Position numbers and translations under genes: made by a program
Source of the DNA: Spirochaetia bacterium
GTDB lineage: Bacteria > Spirochaetota > Spirochaetia > SZUA-6 > Bin103
NCBI GenBank assembly: GCA_965208575.1
Contig: CBDBOV010000005.1
Coordinates: forward strand, 992,001-1,056,000
Length of the DNA: 64,000 nt
Reading direction: 5' to 3'
The notes under the pieces: generated by a model
What the model saw: only the letters and a program-made list of their open reading frames with translations
Told to the model about the DNA's origin: nothing
Databases searched by the model: none
Shown here: positions 27,771 to 37,648 of the stretch, in pieces
Numbering within the stretch: the first letter of the stretch is position 1
Layout: each line of letters starts with the position of its first letter

Positions 27771-28613
27771 TCAGTCGCGCAATATCATCCCTCCGTCCAC
27801 GTGTATGCATTGTCCCGTCACGTTACGGGCGTCTTCCGAAGCAAGAAACGCCGCCATCTTGGCGATCTCTTCCGGTGTCTGCTCGCGGCCCAGCGGTACC
27901 TCTGCGGCACGCATATCCAGGTACACATCGTGCGGGTCCTTGTCGGCCAGTTCGGGGCTGACGCGGATCATCTCCTCGATCGGCCGGCGAACGGTTGGCG
28001 TCCATACCATTGACGGGCAGATTGCGTTCACGTTGATGTTGAAGGCAGAGACCTGGTGAACGAGCGCCTTGGTATATCTGAGCAATGCCGCTTTGCTCAC
28101 CGGGTAGGCATTCGGGTATCCCAACCCTGCTACCCGTGGGGGGCGGCCGGCGTGTCCTGCAACGGAACCGATGTTGATTATCTTTCCGTACCGCCTTTCC
28201 TTCATATGCGGTATGACGGCCTCACAGCAATGCACAGGGCCCAACACGTTCACGGCAAGGACGACCTGCCAATCCTCATCCGTATCCATCCCGTCTTCAT
28301 GAGACGTGCTCTTGGGGGCAGATACAACCGAGGCGTTGTTGACCAGGATGTCAATGTTGCCGAAGGTATCCAGAGCCATCTTGACAGCGGCGACCGCCGA
28401 GTCCCGCCTGGCAACGTCCAGTTGTACCACCAGAGGCTTGCGCCCCAGCATCTCTATCTCCTTGGCTACCTCACGTGCCCCTTCCGTGTCTATATCGGCT
28501 GCAACTATGTCAGCCCCTTGTTCCGCCATGATCAGACAGATGCTCCGGCCTATCCCCTGGCTTGCCCCCGTAACAAATGCTACCCTGCCTGCAAGGTCTC
28601 CAAGCACAATCAT
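27771..28613 (-). CDS. Short-chain dehydrogenase/reductase
   Basis: TGASQGIG, NNA, YPVSK, VTGQ...VDGG. Confidence 0.92.
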   Translation of the reverse strand: MIVLGDLAGRVAFVTGASQGIGRSICLIMAEQGADIVAADIDTEGAREVAKEIEMLGRKPLVVQLDVARRDSAVAAVKMALDTFGNIDILVNNASVVSAPKSTSHEDGMDTDEDWQVVLAVNVLGPVHCCEAVIPHMKERRYGKIINIGSVAGHAGRPPRVAGLGYPNAYPVSKAALLRYTKALVHQVSAFNINVNAICPSMVWTPTVRRPIEEMIRVSPELADKDPHDVYLDMRAAEVPLGREQTPEEIAKMAAFLASEDARNVTGQCIHVDGGMILRD

Positions 28614-28766
28614 CTCCTACTATCGTTGTGTCAGTATGGTGGGACCATGATGCATGATGGTTCCTTGATTTTACCATCTTACAAGTTGCATGGCCAATCA
28701 CCAACAATTTGAACAAAAGCCAAACAGCCCACAGAGGCGACGGCTGTTCGGGCTTCGTGCGGCTGC

Positions 28767-29614
28767 TCACCGCGGCCAGCGGCGGTCCAGGGCAGGGAGG
28801 TCCGGAAACGGGGCGTGCGGTTCAATCTGGTACCAGTAGGCGACGGAGGCGATGTCGTCGGCCAGGGGCTGGTACTTGCGGTTGGGCCACCAGCCGAGCG
28901 CCTGGATGGTCACGCGCAGGTCGCTGGCGAAGTGGATCGGGTCCACGAGGTGCCAGCGGTACAGGCTCCACTTGGACGGGCCGTCCTCCTCCGCGCACTT
29001 GTGCACGCCGACGTAGGCGGTGTGGTAGTTCTCGGGGAAGCCGTAGCTGCCGCACAGGTAGTCCTCGGTGCCGGTGCCGCAGATGGTCGGGAACCGGGTG
29101 TCGCCGTCCAGGTAGAACTTGATCTCGCCCTCGCCGAACCAGCCCTGCAGCACTGCCGGAACGGCATCGGCCAGTAGCAGTTGAACGCCGACTTGGGGTT
29201 GCAGATCACCGCCAGCGAATTGACCGGCGCGAAGCTGTTGTGCCCCACCGCGAAGAAGTCGGACACCGGCGTCTCGATCGACGGCGTCTCCTCGCCGTCC
29301 CAGTAGAAGCGGATGATGTGCGAGCGTCCCTTGGCCGGGTCGGCCACCAGCCAGATGTGCTGAATCACGCCCGGCCCTTCCACCTCTATCACGGTGTGGG
29401 TCGCGCCCGCCGGCACCTTGACGAACGGGCTTACCTTCCAGCCCTGCCCCAGGTCGCCCGCCGCATCGCTGAACGGCAGCGTCTCCGGATCGGGAACCGC
29501 CATCGCTCCCTTGCCCTTCTCCCCGGTGGGATTCTCCGGGCAGACCGACCGCGTACGCGCGCCGGAGAGCAGCGGCAGACCGGACAGTCCGGCGCCAAGC
29601 GCAAAGTTGCTCAT
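28767..29614 (-). pseudogene. DUF2961 (GH172) glycoside hydrolase, internally deleted and frameshifted
   Basis: N-half ENPTGEKG...GPGVIQHIW...NCYWPMPFR; C-half in another frame GWFGEGEIKFY...GTGTEDY...YRWH..DP...SVAYWYQ. The middle segment is absent at about 29150. Confidence 0.85.
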
Positions 29615-29784
29615 CGCCGCTCCACTATACCCTGCCGGCGTTGGCCCGTCGCTCTGCGCCGTGGCTCGCGTGCCGGCGTCGACCTCCCGTCCAGCCGCGG
29701 GCCCAGTGGTTCTGCGGCAAAGTTGTGTGGACGACCGCCACGGCGAGCGGCTACACTGGATGCGGCCCGTGAGGAGGTGGCGCG

Positions 29785-30468
29785 ATGAGTAGCGCGGCAG
29801 CGGCTCCGGTCGCGGTCGAGTACCCCGACTCGGACGGCAAGCCGGTGGCGGAGAGCGATTTCCAACTCAATGAGCTGATCTACGCGCGGGAAGGGTTGCG
29901 TATCTACTACCGCGACCGGCGCGGTCGCGACGACGTGTACGTGGCCGGCAATCTGCTGATCTACTATGAGCAGGGTAACCCCCGAGCCTCGGTTGCGCCG
30001 GACGTATTCGTGGTGATTGGAGTGGCGAACCACGACCGGAGGTCCTACCGGCTCTGGGATGAGGGGGCCAAGGCGCCGGACTTCGTGCTTGAGATCACGT
30101 CGCACAGTACGCGGGAAGAGGACCAGGGGCACAAGCGGGAACTGTATCGCCGGTTGGGCGTGAAGGAGTACTGGCAGTACGATCCGACCGGTGACTATCT
30201 GAAGCCGGTGCTGCAGGGGCTGGTGTTGGCGGCGGGCGAGTACGGGCCGATTGCCGGAGGTGAGACGCCGTCCGGACGGCTGGCGGTGGCGAGCGAGGTG
30301 CTGGGACTGGAACTGCACGTCACGGACGATGGGCTCCGGTTCCATGATCCGGACATGGGGCAGTACGTCATGTCGCACGCGGAAGCGGAAGCGGCGCGGG
30401 CGGCAGCGGAAGCACGGGTCGCGGAACTGGAGGCGAGCCTGCGGGGCCATGGCGCCCCTGCACGGTGA
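29785..30468 (+). CDS. Uma2 (DUF820) PD-(D/E)xK endonuclease family protein
   Basis: YPDSDGKP.AE, APDVFVV, PDFVLEITS.ST, GVKEYW.YDP. Confidence 0.92.
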   Translation: MSSAAAAPVAVEYPDSDGKPVAESDFQLNELIYAREGLRIYYRDRRGRDDVYVAGNLLIYYEQGNPRASVAPDVFVVIGVANHDRRSYRLWDEGAKAPDFVLEITSHSTREEDQGHKRELYRRLGVKEYWQYDPTGDYLKPVLQGLVLAAGEYGPIAGGETPSGRLAVASEVLGLELHVTDDGLRFHDPDMGQYVMSHAEAEAARAAAEARVAELEASLRGHGAPAR

Positions 30469-30565
30469 GCGGAGCGGCGACCGCGCCGGGCGCACGCCAT
30501 TCCCGGCGGCATGCTGACGGGTGCTATCGTCAGCCGTGTTTGCGCGGCGATGCCCCGTGTGCAGT

Positions 30566-30859
30566 CTATGCGCCGAGTTCTTCTTGAACGATCGAAGGGC
30601 GTTTGTCGATCAGGGCGAGCAGCACGCGGGCGGATCCCTCCGGGCGCCTGCGACCTTGCTCCCAGTTCTTGAGTGTTCCGAGTGGAACGCCGATGCTTCT
30701 GGCAAACGCCGGCTGGGAGAGCCCGGTTCGGCTGCGGATCGAGGCGACATCCGGTTCGGGCACGTTGACGTCACGCACGTTGTACCCGGCTCGCGCACCG
30801 TGCAGGTACGCCTCTGCGTCCTCAAGACCGGCCATGATCTTCTCGAATGCGTTGCTCAT
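30566..30859 (-). CDS. XRE-family HTH antitoxin (HigA-like)
   Basis: IRSRTGLSQ..FA..IG....TL.NWEQGRR.P. Confidence 0.88.
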   Translation of the reverse strand: MSNAFEKIMAGLEDAEAYLHGARAGYNVRDVNVPEPDVASIRSRTGLSQPAFARSIGVPLGTLKNWEQGRRRPEGSARVLLALIDKRPSIVQEELGA

Positions 30860-30954
30860 TTTCGGCTCCGATAGTCCTCTGCCTGTGACAGCACCCTCTT
30901 TGCCGCCGCGAGGTATGCCGGGGTCTCCACGACGGTCTGAAGGCGAGCCCGCAC
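30856..30954 (-). pseudogene. HigB/RelE-type toxin remnant (32 aa, in-frame internal deletion)
   Basis: VRARLQTVVETPAYLAAAKRVLSQAE|DYRSRK*; the stop still overlaps the antitoxin ATG (ATGA). Confidence 0.7.
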
Positions 30955-31033
30955 GGTGCAGAAGATAGGCGCCACTGGCGTCGGCGTCAATGGCGCCTAC
31001 GCGGGCATGCAGACAGAGAGAAGGATGTTGGAG

Positions 31034-32416
31034 TTATTCGAGGTCGTGCTCGGGGCGCAGGCAGCGGATCTCCTTGAAGGTTCGGTAGTCGCGGATGGTG
31101 GCGCCGTCGGCGAAGGTGGCCGCGTACAGGGAGGCCCGCGTGGCCGTGAGATAGAGGCGGATCGGTCGCTCCATGAAGGCGGCCGGGCTCGGATTGCCGC
31201 GCCAGCGAACCGGGGCGGCGGTTGCGTCGGCTTCCAGCGGTACGCAGTTGTGCAGTTCGAAGCCGGGAATCGGTGTCCCGTCGACGTTGCGCAGCTCTGC
31301 GCGGACGCTGCCGCCGGCGGGCGCGGCGTTCAGGAACAGGGTGGGGGAGCGGGTGGCGAACGCGCGCGTCAGGATCTCGGCCGGCTCGGCGCCGGCATCG
31401 AGGCTCAGGAAGCGGTCGGGCCGTAGCGACGCGGCGCCGATGCGGAACCGCTTGGAGGCGTACTCGTCGCCGTGCTGCCGCTCGCAGCCGGCGAAGTAGA
31501 AGCGGATCTCGTCGGCGAAGAACAGCGGAGAGGAGGCGGGCGAGATCAGGCCGGCGGTCCAGCCATCCGGATCGCGCGGCAGGAAGTTCTCGCCCTGGGC
31601 GGGCCGGTGCCAGCAGTAGCCGCCGCGGCTGAACGCCAGCTCGATGTCCCAGTTGCCGTTCATCTTGGTGGGGCCCAGGTCGGTCTCCCAGGTGGTGTAG
31701 CGGTGCAGCCAGCCGAGCACGTAAGCGCCGTAGGGGGTCATCTGCATGCTGTAGAACTGGGTCTGGATCGGATCGCGGAGGTCCGGCTCCAGGGCCAGCA
31801 CCGGCCGCCGCCAGGAGAGAAAGTCCTCGCTCTCGCTGCGCCACACGCGCCGGTCCGGGCACGCGTCCCGGAACGAAGCGTGGTACCGGCCCGACGCCGG
31901 ATCGCGGAACAGGCCGATGTGGCTGTCGCTGTCGGCGTGGATCAGCGGCTCGTCGCGTACCAGCTCCCAGTGGATGCCGTCGCGCGACACGTACCCGGCC
32001 AGGACGCCGCGCCCGCGGCGCGCGATCATCTTGTAGCGCTTCGCCTCGTCCGCCTCGTCGCGGTCCAGGATGACGCTGGGCCCGTGGATCTTCCAGTCGT
32101 CGTCCATCACGATGTTGGTGCCGGGGACCACGTCCAAGCGGGGCTTGCGCCACGCGTAGCCGTCGTCCGACTCGGCGTACAGGAGGTGGCTCACCGGCTT
32201 CGGCTCCTGCGTCGACGAGCTATACCACATCTGGAACAGGCGGCGATCCGGATCGTGCACCACCGAGCCGTACAGCAGCACGCGGTTGAACTCGTGCGGC
32301 AGCTCCGGCGCCACGATCGGGTTGCCCGCATGCTCGACCGGCCGGTTGAGCCGGCGCCGGAAGCCGCGCACGTACTCGTTCAGGCGATTGTCCAGGAACA
32401 GGAACTTGGTATTCAT
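31034..32416 (-). CDS. Putative five-bladed beta-propeller glycoside hydrolase-like protein
   Basis: YGSV..D...FQMWY, YAESDDG..W.KP, SRDGIHW, LRPDRF.SL; located in a sugar ABC operon. Confidence 0.7.
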   Translation of the reverse strand: MNTKFLFLDNRLNEYVRGFRRRLNRPVEHAGNPIVAPELPHEFNRVLLYGSVVHDPDRRLFQMWYSSSTQEPKPVSHLLYAESDDGYAWRKPRLDVVPGTNIVMDDDWKIHGPSVILDRDEADEAKRYKMIARRGRGVLAGYVSRDGIHWELVRDEPLIHADSDSHIGLFRDPASGRYHASFRDACPDRRVWRSESEDFLSWRRPVLALEPDLRDPIQTQFYSMQMTPYGAYVLGWLHRYTTWETDLGPTKMNGNWDIELAFSRGGYCWHRPAQGENFLPRDPDGWTAGLISPASSPLFFADEIRFYFAGCERQHGDEYASKRFRIGAASLRPDRFLSLDAGAEPAEILTRAFATRSPTLFLNAAPAGGSVRAELRNVDGTPIPGFELHNCVPLEADATAAPVRWRGNPSPAAFMERPIRLYLTATRASLYAATFADGATIRDYRTFKEIRCLRPEHDLE

Positions 32417-32493
32417 CGTTTCACCAGGCCGGGCGGGCCGGCGCGGGCTGGATTCGCCCGCGCCGGCCTCCTCCTCGTCGCCGAGCGCGGCAG

Positions 32494-34110
32494 CTACATG
32501 CCGGCGCGGTGCTGGCGGGTGATTTCCTCCAGCAACTGGTCGCCGCCGGCGTTGTGCCAGGCGGCCACGTAGTCGTCCCAGGCGGCAGCGATGTCGACCT
32601 CGCCGGCGATCGCCTTGAAGAAGAACTCGTCCTCCACCGTCTTTACCTCGGCGGCCAGGACCAGGAACTCCTCGTCGAGCGTCGGCAGGAACCCGAAGTC
32701 CAGCGACACCTGGTTGTCGATGATGTAGCTGTTCACCGGGTAGCGCCAGGTGTTGCCGCCCATGTACAGAAACTCCACCGGCGTAGGCACCGCGGTCAGC
32801 CGGAAGTAGGTGGCGCCCGACTGCATGAACGTTGCGGGTGCGGTCCAGCCCTCGGCCCGGATCGGGTCGCCGGCGTCGTTGTAGTCCCAGTGGGTGCCCT
32901 TGATGCCGTAGAACGCCGTCGCGAACACCTCGGTGTTGTTGTACATCTCATCCAGGATCTGCAGGATCTTGGCCAGCTTGTCGTCCGACACGTTGGCGCC
33001 GACTGACGACGGGCTCCACACGGCGCTGCGCGAGTAGGTGCCGCGCATGCCGCCCGGGCCTTCCGGCGACACCACGATCACCGGCTCCACCTCCTCGTTG
33101 TTGGCCTTCAGCATCCCCCACGCCTGGTTGGTGGACGGGTTGGTGAGCTGCGCCGACCACGACTCGAATGCGCCGATCAGCCCGTTGCCGAACTTCTGGC
33201 GCATCTCGGCGCTGTCGGTGACCACGAACTCCGGGTGGATCAGCTCGCGCTCATACCAGTCGTTGAGGTACATCAGCGCGTCCCGGTACTCGGTGCGGAT
33301 CTGCGAGAAGCCGATGTCGTCGCCCATCATCTCCCAGGTGTTCAGCCGCACGCCGAACGCGCCCAGGATGTTGGGGAAGAACATGGCGCGGTCGCCGATC
33401 GAGCCGCCGCCCTGGTAGGGCATCAGCCCGAAGGTGTCGCGCTGGCCGTTGCCGTCCGGATCCTCGTTCCGGAACTTGAGGAAGATGTCCTCCAGCTCCG
33501 CGAGACTGTCGGGCCCCTCGTAGATGTAGGTGCCCGGCACCGGCGTGGTCGCGTAGCCGATGGCGTCCAGCCAGTCCTTGCGGATCACCATGCCCGGCCC
33601 CGCGGCGGCGATCGACAGCACGGCGGGAATGCCCATGTTCTTGCCGTTCACGGTGGTGCGGTGGTACAGGATGTCGCCGCCGAGCTTGAACGCCACCTTC
33701 ATGTAGCGCGGCATGTGCTCCAGCAGCATCGCCTCCGGCACTTCTCGCACCGCGCCGATGTGCACCAGGTCCTCGCGCCAGCGCACGTTGAAGTCGGGGA
33801 GGTCGCCGGACGCGATGCGCACCCGCCACTGCTCCTCCTGGCCGTGCGTGACCTCGTAGCCCCACGGCTCCAGGTTGACGTCGAACAGCTCTTCCAGGTG
33901 CAGCTCCACCGGCGTGTCGCGCTCCAGCAACTCGCCGCCGGCGTTGGTGCCGAGCCAGGTGATGGTCATCCGCTCGTCCGAGCCTGTCGCTTCCTCGGTG
34001 CCGGCCGCCCACGCGCCCGGCGCGGCGAGCAGTGCCAGCAACGGCAGCATCCACAGCAGCCTGCGGATCCTCGGTGGCGATTCCTTCGCGAAATGACATG
34101 ACGTTTTCAT
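32494..34110 (-). CDS. Carbohydrate ABC substrate-binding protein (LplA-like)
   Basis: IASGDLPD, IRKDWLD, F..EDPDGNG..DT, WDDYV..W...GG. Confidence 0.88.
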   Translation of the reverse strand: MKTSCHFAKESPPRIRRLLWMLPLLALLAAPGAWAAGTEEATGSDERMTITWLGTNAGGELLERDTPVELHLEELFDVNLEPWGYEVTHGQEEQWRVRIASGDLPDFNVRWREDLVHIGAVREVPEAMLLEHMPRYMKVAFKLGGDILYHRTTVNGKNMGIPAVLSIAAAGPGMVIRKDWLDAIGYATTPVPGTYIYEGPDSLAELEDIFLKFRNEDPDGNGQRDTFGLMPYQGGGSIGDRAMFFPNILGAFGVRLNTWEMMGDDIGFSQIRTEYRDALMYLNDWYERELIHPEFVVTDSAEMRQKFGNGLIGAFESWSAQLTNPSTNQAWGMLKANNEEVEPVIVVSPEGPGGMRGTYSRSAVWSPSSVGANVSDDKLAKILQILDEMYNNTEVFATAFYGIKGTHWDYNDAGDPIRAEGWTAPATFMQSGATYFRLTAVPTPVEFLYMGGNTWRYPVNSYIIDNQVSLDFGFLPTLDEEFLVLAAEVKTVEDEFFFKAIAGEVDIAAAWDDYVAAWHNAGGDQLLEEITRQHRAGM

Positions 34111-34164
34111 GGCATACCTCCTCCAAATGAGGTTCTCACCCGCGCTCCGGGCGGGTGGCGGCGG

Positions 34165-35049
34165 TCATCCCTTCAGGGACCCCACCATGATTCCCTTGAC
34201 GAAATAGCGTTGAATGAACGGGTAGGCGATGATGATCGGCCCGATGCTGACGAACATGGTGGCCGCCTTCACGGTGTCCTCGGTCAGCGCCGTCACCGCG
34301 GTCTCCTCGGAGGCCAGCTCCAGCCACTCGGCGGCCTGGTTCTCGATCAGGATGCGGCGCAGCAGGAGCTGCAGCACGATCAGGTCGCGGCGGGCGGCGT
34401 AGATCATGGCGTCGAACCACTCGTTCCAGTGGTACACCACCGACCACAGCCCGACGGTGGCGATCACCGGCAGCGACAGCGGCGCGATGATCCGGGCCAG
34501 CAGGGTAAAGATGCCGGCGCCGTCGAGCACCGCCGACTCCTCCATCTCCGGCGGCAGCTCCTGGAAGAAGTTGCGCATGATGATGATGTAGAACGCCGAT
34601 GCGATGTTGGGCAGGATCAGCACGAAGCGGGTGTTGAGCAGGCCCATGCTCTTGAACCACAGGTAGGTGGGAATCAGCCCGCCGCCGAAGAACATCGTGA
34701 ACAGAATGAACACGGTGATGGTCTTCCGGAACGGCAGCGTCATCTTCGCGATCCCGTAGGCGGCGAGCATGCACACCACCAGGGTCAGGACGGTGCCGGA
34801 GATGGCCCGGATCAGGGTGTTCATGTAGCCGATCGCCACGCTGTTCTTGGAGAACACCTCCCGGTACGACTGCAGGCTCGCCTCCTCCGGAAACAGCTTC
34901 AGGCCCATCTTGATCGCCGCCGCCGGGGTGCTGAACGAGTCCACCAGCATCTTCCAGAACGGGTACACGATCGACAGCGACACCAGCACCATCACGATCA
35001 GCACCGTCGTGTCGATGGCCAGGTCCTCGCCGGTCCGCTGCCGTCTCAC
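34165..35049 (-). CDS. Carbohydrate ABC permease (LplC-like)
   Basis: FTMFFGGGLIP, MEESA.LDGA, YPFIQRYFVKG..VGSLKG. Confidence 0.93.
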   Translation of the reverse strand: MRRQRTGEDLAIDTTVLIVMVLVSLSIVYPFWKMLVDSFSTPAAAIKMGLKLFPEEASLQSYREVFSKNSVAIGYMNTLIRAISGTVLTLVVCMLAAYGIAKMTLPFRKTITVFILFTMFFGGGLIPTYLWFKSMGLLNTRFVLILPNIASAFYIIIMRNFFQELPPEMEESAVLDGAGIFTLLARIIAPLSLPVIATVGLWSVVYHWNEWFDAMIYAARRDLIVLQLLLRRILIENQAAEWLELASEETAVTALTEDTVKAATMFVSIGPIIIAYPFIQRYFVKGIMVGSLKG

Positions 35050-35079
35050 GCGATCCTCTCCGTCCTCACCGCACCGCCC

Positions 35080-36006
35080 TCACAGCACCGTCCCGCGGGC
35101 GCCGAGCCGCTTCACCACCCAGTTCATGATCAGCAGCATGATCAGGCCGAGGATGTTCTTGCTCAGCCCCACCGCCGTGGTGTAGCTGAACTGCAGGTTC
35201 ACCAGCCCCTGCCGGTAGACGTAGGTGTCGATGATGTCGCCCACCGAGTACACGATGGGACTGTACAGGTTGAAGATCTGGTCGAAGCCAGCGTCGAAGA
35301 TCTCGCCGATGCGCAGCAGGAACAGCACCACGATCACCGGCAGGATGGCGGGCAGGGTGATGTGCACGATGCGCTGCATGCGCCCGGCGCCGTCGATCTC
35401 GGCGGCGTCGTACAGTTCCGGGTCGATGCCGGCGATGGCGGCCAGGTAGATGATCGAGCCCCAGCCGACGGTCTTCCACACGCCGGAGGTGACCACCACC
35501 ATCATGAAGAAGAACGGGTCCTTCATGAACACCACGCGCTGATCGGTAAACAGCTCCAGCAGGTAGTTGACCGGTCCCTCGAACGACAGGAAGGAGCGGA
35601 ACAGGCCGGCCGCCACCACCCAGGAGATGAAGTGGGGCAGGTAGCTGATGGTCTGGAAGGTCTTCTTGAGGCGCAGGTTGAACACCTCGTTGAGCATCAG
35701 CGCGAACACGATCGGGGCCGGGAACACGGTGGCCATCTTGAGCAGGCTGATGACGATGGTGTTGCGGAACACGCGCAGGAAGTCGGCGCTGCCGAGCATG
35801 CGTTCGAAGTACTTGAAGCCGGCCCACTCGCTGCCCCAGATGCCGCCGGTGATGGTGTAGTTCTTGAACGCCAGCACGATGCCGCCGATCGGGATGTACT
35901 TGACGACGATGAAGCAGACGATGGCCGGCAGGATGATCAGGTAGTAGGCGCGATGACGGTACATCTCGCGCAGCAGCGCGCGTGTTCTGTCCGAGGCGAA
36001 CTCCAT
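35080..36006 (-). CDS. Carbohydrate ABC permease (LplB-like)
   Basis: QTISYLPHFISWVV, GWGSIIYLAAI, LYDAAEIDGA, DIIDTYVY; ATG 36006. Confidence 0.93.
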   Translation of the reverse strand: MEFASDRTRALLREMYRHRAYYLIILPAIVCFIVVKYIPIGGIVLAFKNYTITGGIWGSEWAGFKYFERMLGSADFLRVFRNTIVISLLKMATVFPAPIVFALMLNEVFNLRLKKTFQTISYLPHFISWVVAAGLFRSFLSFEGPVNYLLELFTDQRVVFMKDPFFFMMVVVTSGVWKTVGWGSIIYLAAIAGIDPELYDAAEIDGAGRMQRIVHITLPAILPVIVVLFLLRIGEIFDAGFDQIFNLYSPIVYSVGDIIDTYVYRQGLVNLQFSYTTAVGLSKNILGLIMLLIMNWVVKRLGARGTVL

Positions 36007-37463
36007 CACGTCCGCAGGCGGAAGCTGTACAGGTCCGCGCCCCGCAGGTGGAACTGCAACCGCACCGGGCGCCCGGCGGGCAGGCGGTCGCCGCCGCTCC
36101 AGCGCACGCCGTGGCGTACCCGGTCGGCGCGCAGGGCAGTGCAGTCGCCGGCGCCGAAGCCGTCCAGCGGCGTGCCGTCCGCCGCCAGCACGGCCACTGT
36201 CAGGCTGCCCGCACCGGCGTCTGCGTTCACCTCCAGGCGCCGCCCGCCGGCGTCGAGCGGCACCGTCCGCACCCAGCCCTCGAAGGCGCCGGCGTCCAGC
36301 GACACGAAGCCGTCCAGGCGCCAGGAGACGCGTCCGATCACGCATTGCTTGGGCGGCAAGGGGCCGCCGTGCATGGTGTTGATGCCGGTGTAGTAGTGCC
36401 ACACCTCGTCGCCGTGCACTACCGGGCGGTCCGCCGAGCACAGGATGCAGCCGGCGTCGTAGCTGCCGCGCGGCCCGCGCGCGATCACCGGCGACCGGTC
36501 CGCGAACCGGTGCCAAGTGAGCCCGTCGCGGCTGTGCACCAGTTGCGCGGCGATCGGGCCCTCCCAGGGGCTCTGCTCGGTGCGCAGCTCCGGGTCGACG
36601 TCGCGCTCCAGCGTGGAGTGGATCATTACGTCGAACACCGGCAGGAAGCCCAGGAACTGGCCGCCGTAGCAGAATCCGGCCATGCCGTAGAACTCGCTGC
36701 GCTGCTCGTCGTCCTGCACCCACTCGTCGTCGCGTGCGTCGGGCGCCAGGATGGTGGTCGGCGCCGACCAGTGCTGGAAGTCGCTGCTGGTGGCTACCGC
36801 GATCAGGCGGCGTGCGAACCGGTCCGTGTCCCAGCGGCGGTGGAAGGCGAAGTACTCGCCGCCCTCGGGTTCGCGCGCCAGCGTGACCGTCTCCAGGATC
36901 TCGTCGCCGGAGTCCAGCACCGGGTTGGCCGGGTACTCGGTCCAGTCGATGCCGTCCGGCGAGTGCGCCACCCAGTAGCCGCGCTTCGCCTGCCGCCACT
37001 CCCACGCCATCATGCGGTAGCGTTCCTCAGCCGGCGCCGCGGGATCGACGATCACCGTCGGGCTGTGCTTGTCGAACATGACGATGTTGTTGTCGGTGGA
37101 GCCGTCGAACCGGTGGCGTCCGAGGTTGGGTTTCTCCCAGTGCACGCCGTCCTCGGAGGTGGCGTACAGCACCACGTCGCCCTGCCGCTCCTGCATGCCC
37201 GGCGCGCGGTGCTCGTTGCCGCGCCCGATCCGCGACAGGTACCACATCCGAAAGCCCCCGCCGTCCGGGTCGTGGTGCACCGAACCGTAGACGTACACCC
37301 GGTCCCCTTCCCACGGCCGGTCCGGCACCAGCACCGGCCGCTCCAGTCTCCGGCCGGGATGCAGCGTGCGCACCAAGCCGCGCACCGCGGCCACGATGCC
37401 GTCGTCCACGAACAACTGAGGAACATCGGTTGCTACGGTTGCCGGCCGGTCCATGGAACCCAT
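36006..37463 (-). CDS. Second putative beta-propeller glycoside hydrolase-like protein (paralogue of 31034-32416)
   Basis: QLFVDD, YGSV..D...FRMWY, SEDGVHWEKP, SRDG..W, RLDGFVSL; start uncertain (37454-37469). Confidence 0.7.
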   Translation of the reverse strand: MGSMDRPATVATDVPQLFVDDGIVAAVRGLVRTLHPGRRLERPVLVPDRPWEGDRVYVYGSVHHDPDGGGFRMWYLSRIGRGNEHRAPGMQERQGDVVLYATSEDGVHWEKPNLGRHRFDGSTDNNIVMFDKHSPTVIVDPAAPAEERYRMMAWEWRQAKRGYWVAHSPDGIDWTEYPANPVLDSGDEILETVTLAREPEGGEYFAFHRRWDTDRFARRLIAVATSSDFQHWSAPTTILAPDARDDEWVQDDEQRSEFYGMAGFCYGGQFLGFLPVFDVMIHSTLERDVDPELRTEQSPWEGPIAAQLVHSRDGLTWHRFADRSPVIARGPRGSYDAGCILCSADRPVVHGDEVWHYYTGINTMHGGPLPPKQCVIGRVSWRLDGFVSLDAGAFEGWVRTVPLDAGGRRLEVNADAGAGSLTVAVLAADGTPLDGFGAGDCTALRADRVRHGVRWSGGDRLPAGRPVRLQFHLRGADLYSFRLRT

Positions 37464-37648
37464 AAGCATAGACCCACGCGCCGCACCCCGCAAGCTTGGG
37501 CGAGGGTCGTCGAGGTCGTCATGCCGGGAGGCACGCCAGATGCGCTCCAACAGGTCACGGCGCCATGCTGCGGCATCACCTCGGCGCCCGGATCTCTTCG
37601 GGGGCGCTACCTTCCCGGAACCGGGCGGACCACGATAGGATAACGCCA

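Noticed and set aside
29140-29165. Programmed frameshift in the DUF2961 gene
   Set aside because: No slippery sequence, and a conserved middle segment is missing, so deletion is the simpler explanation.
35080-37005. Apparent long fusion ORFs (also 20042-21763, 38758-40689, 47193-48479, 59082-60680)
   Set aside because: Only the C-terminal parts match real proteins; the upstream parts are read-through of neighbouring genes in other frames.
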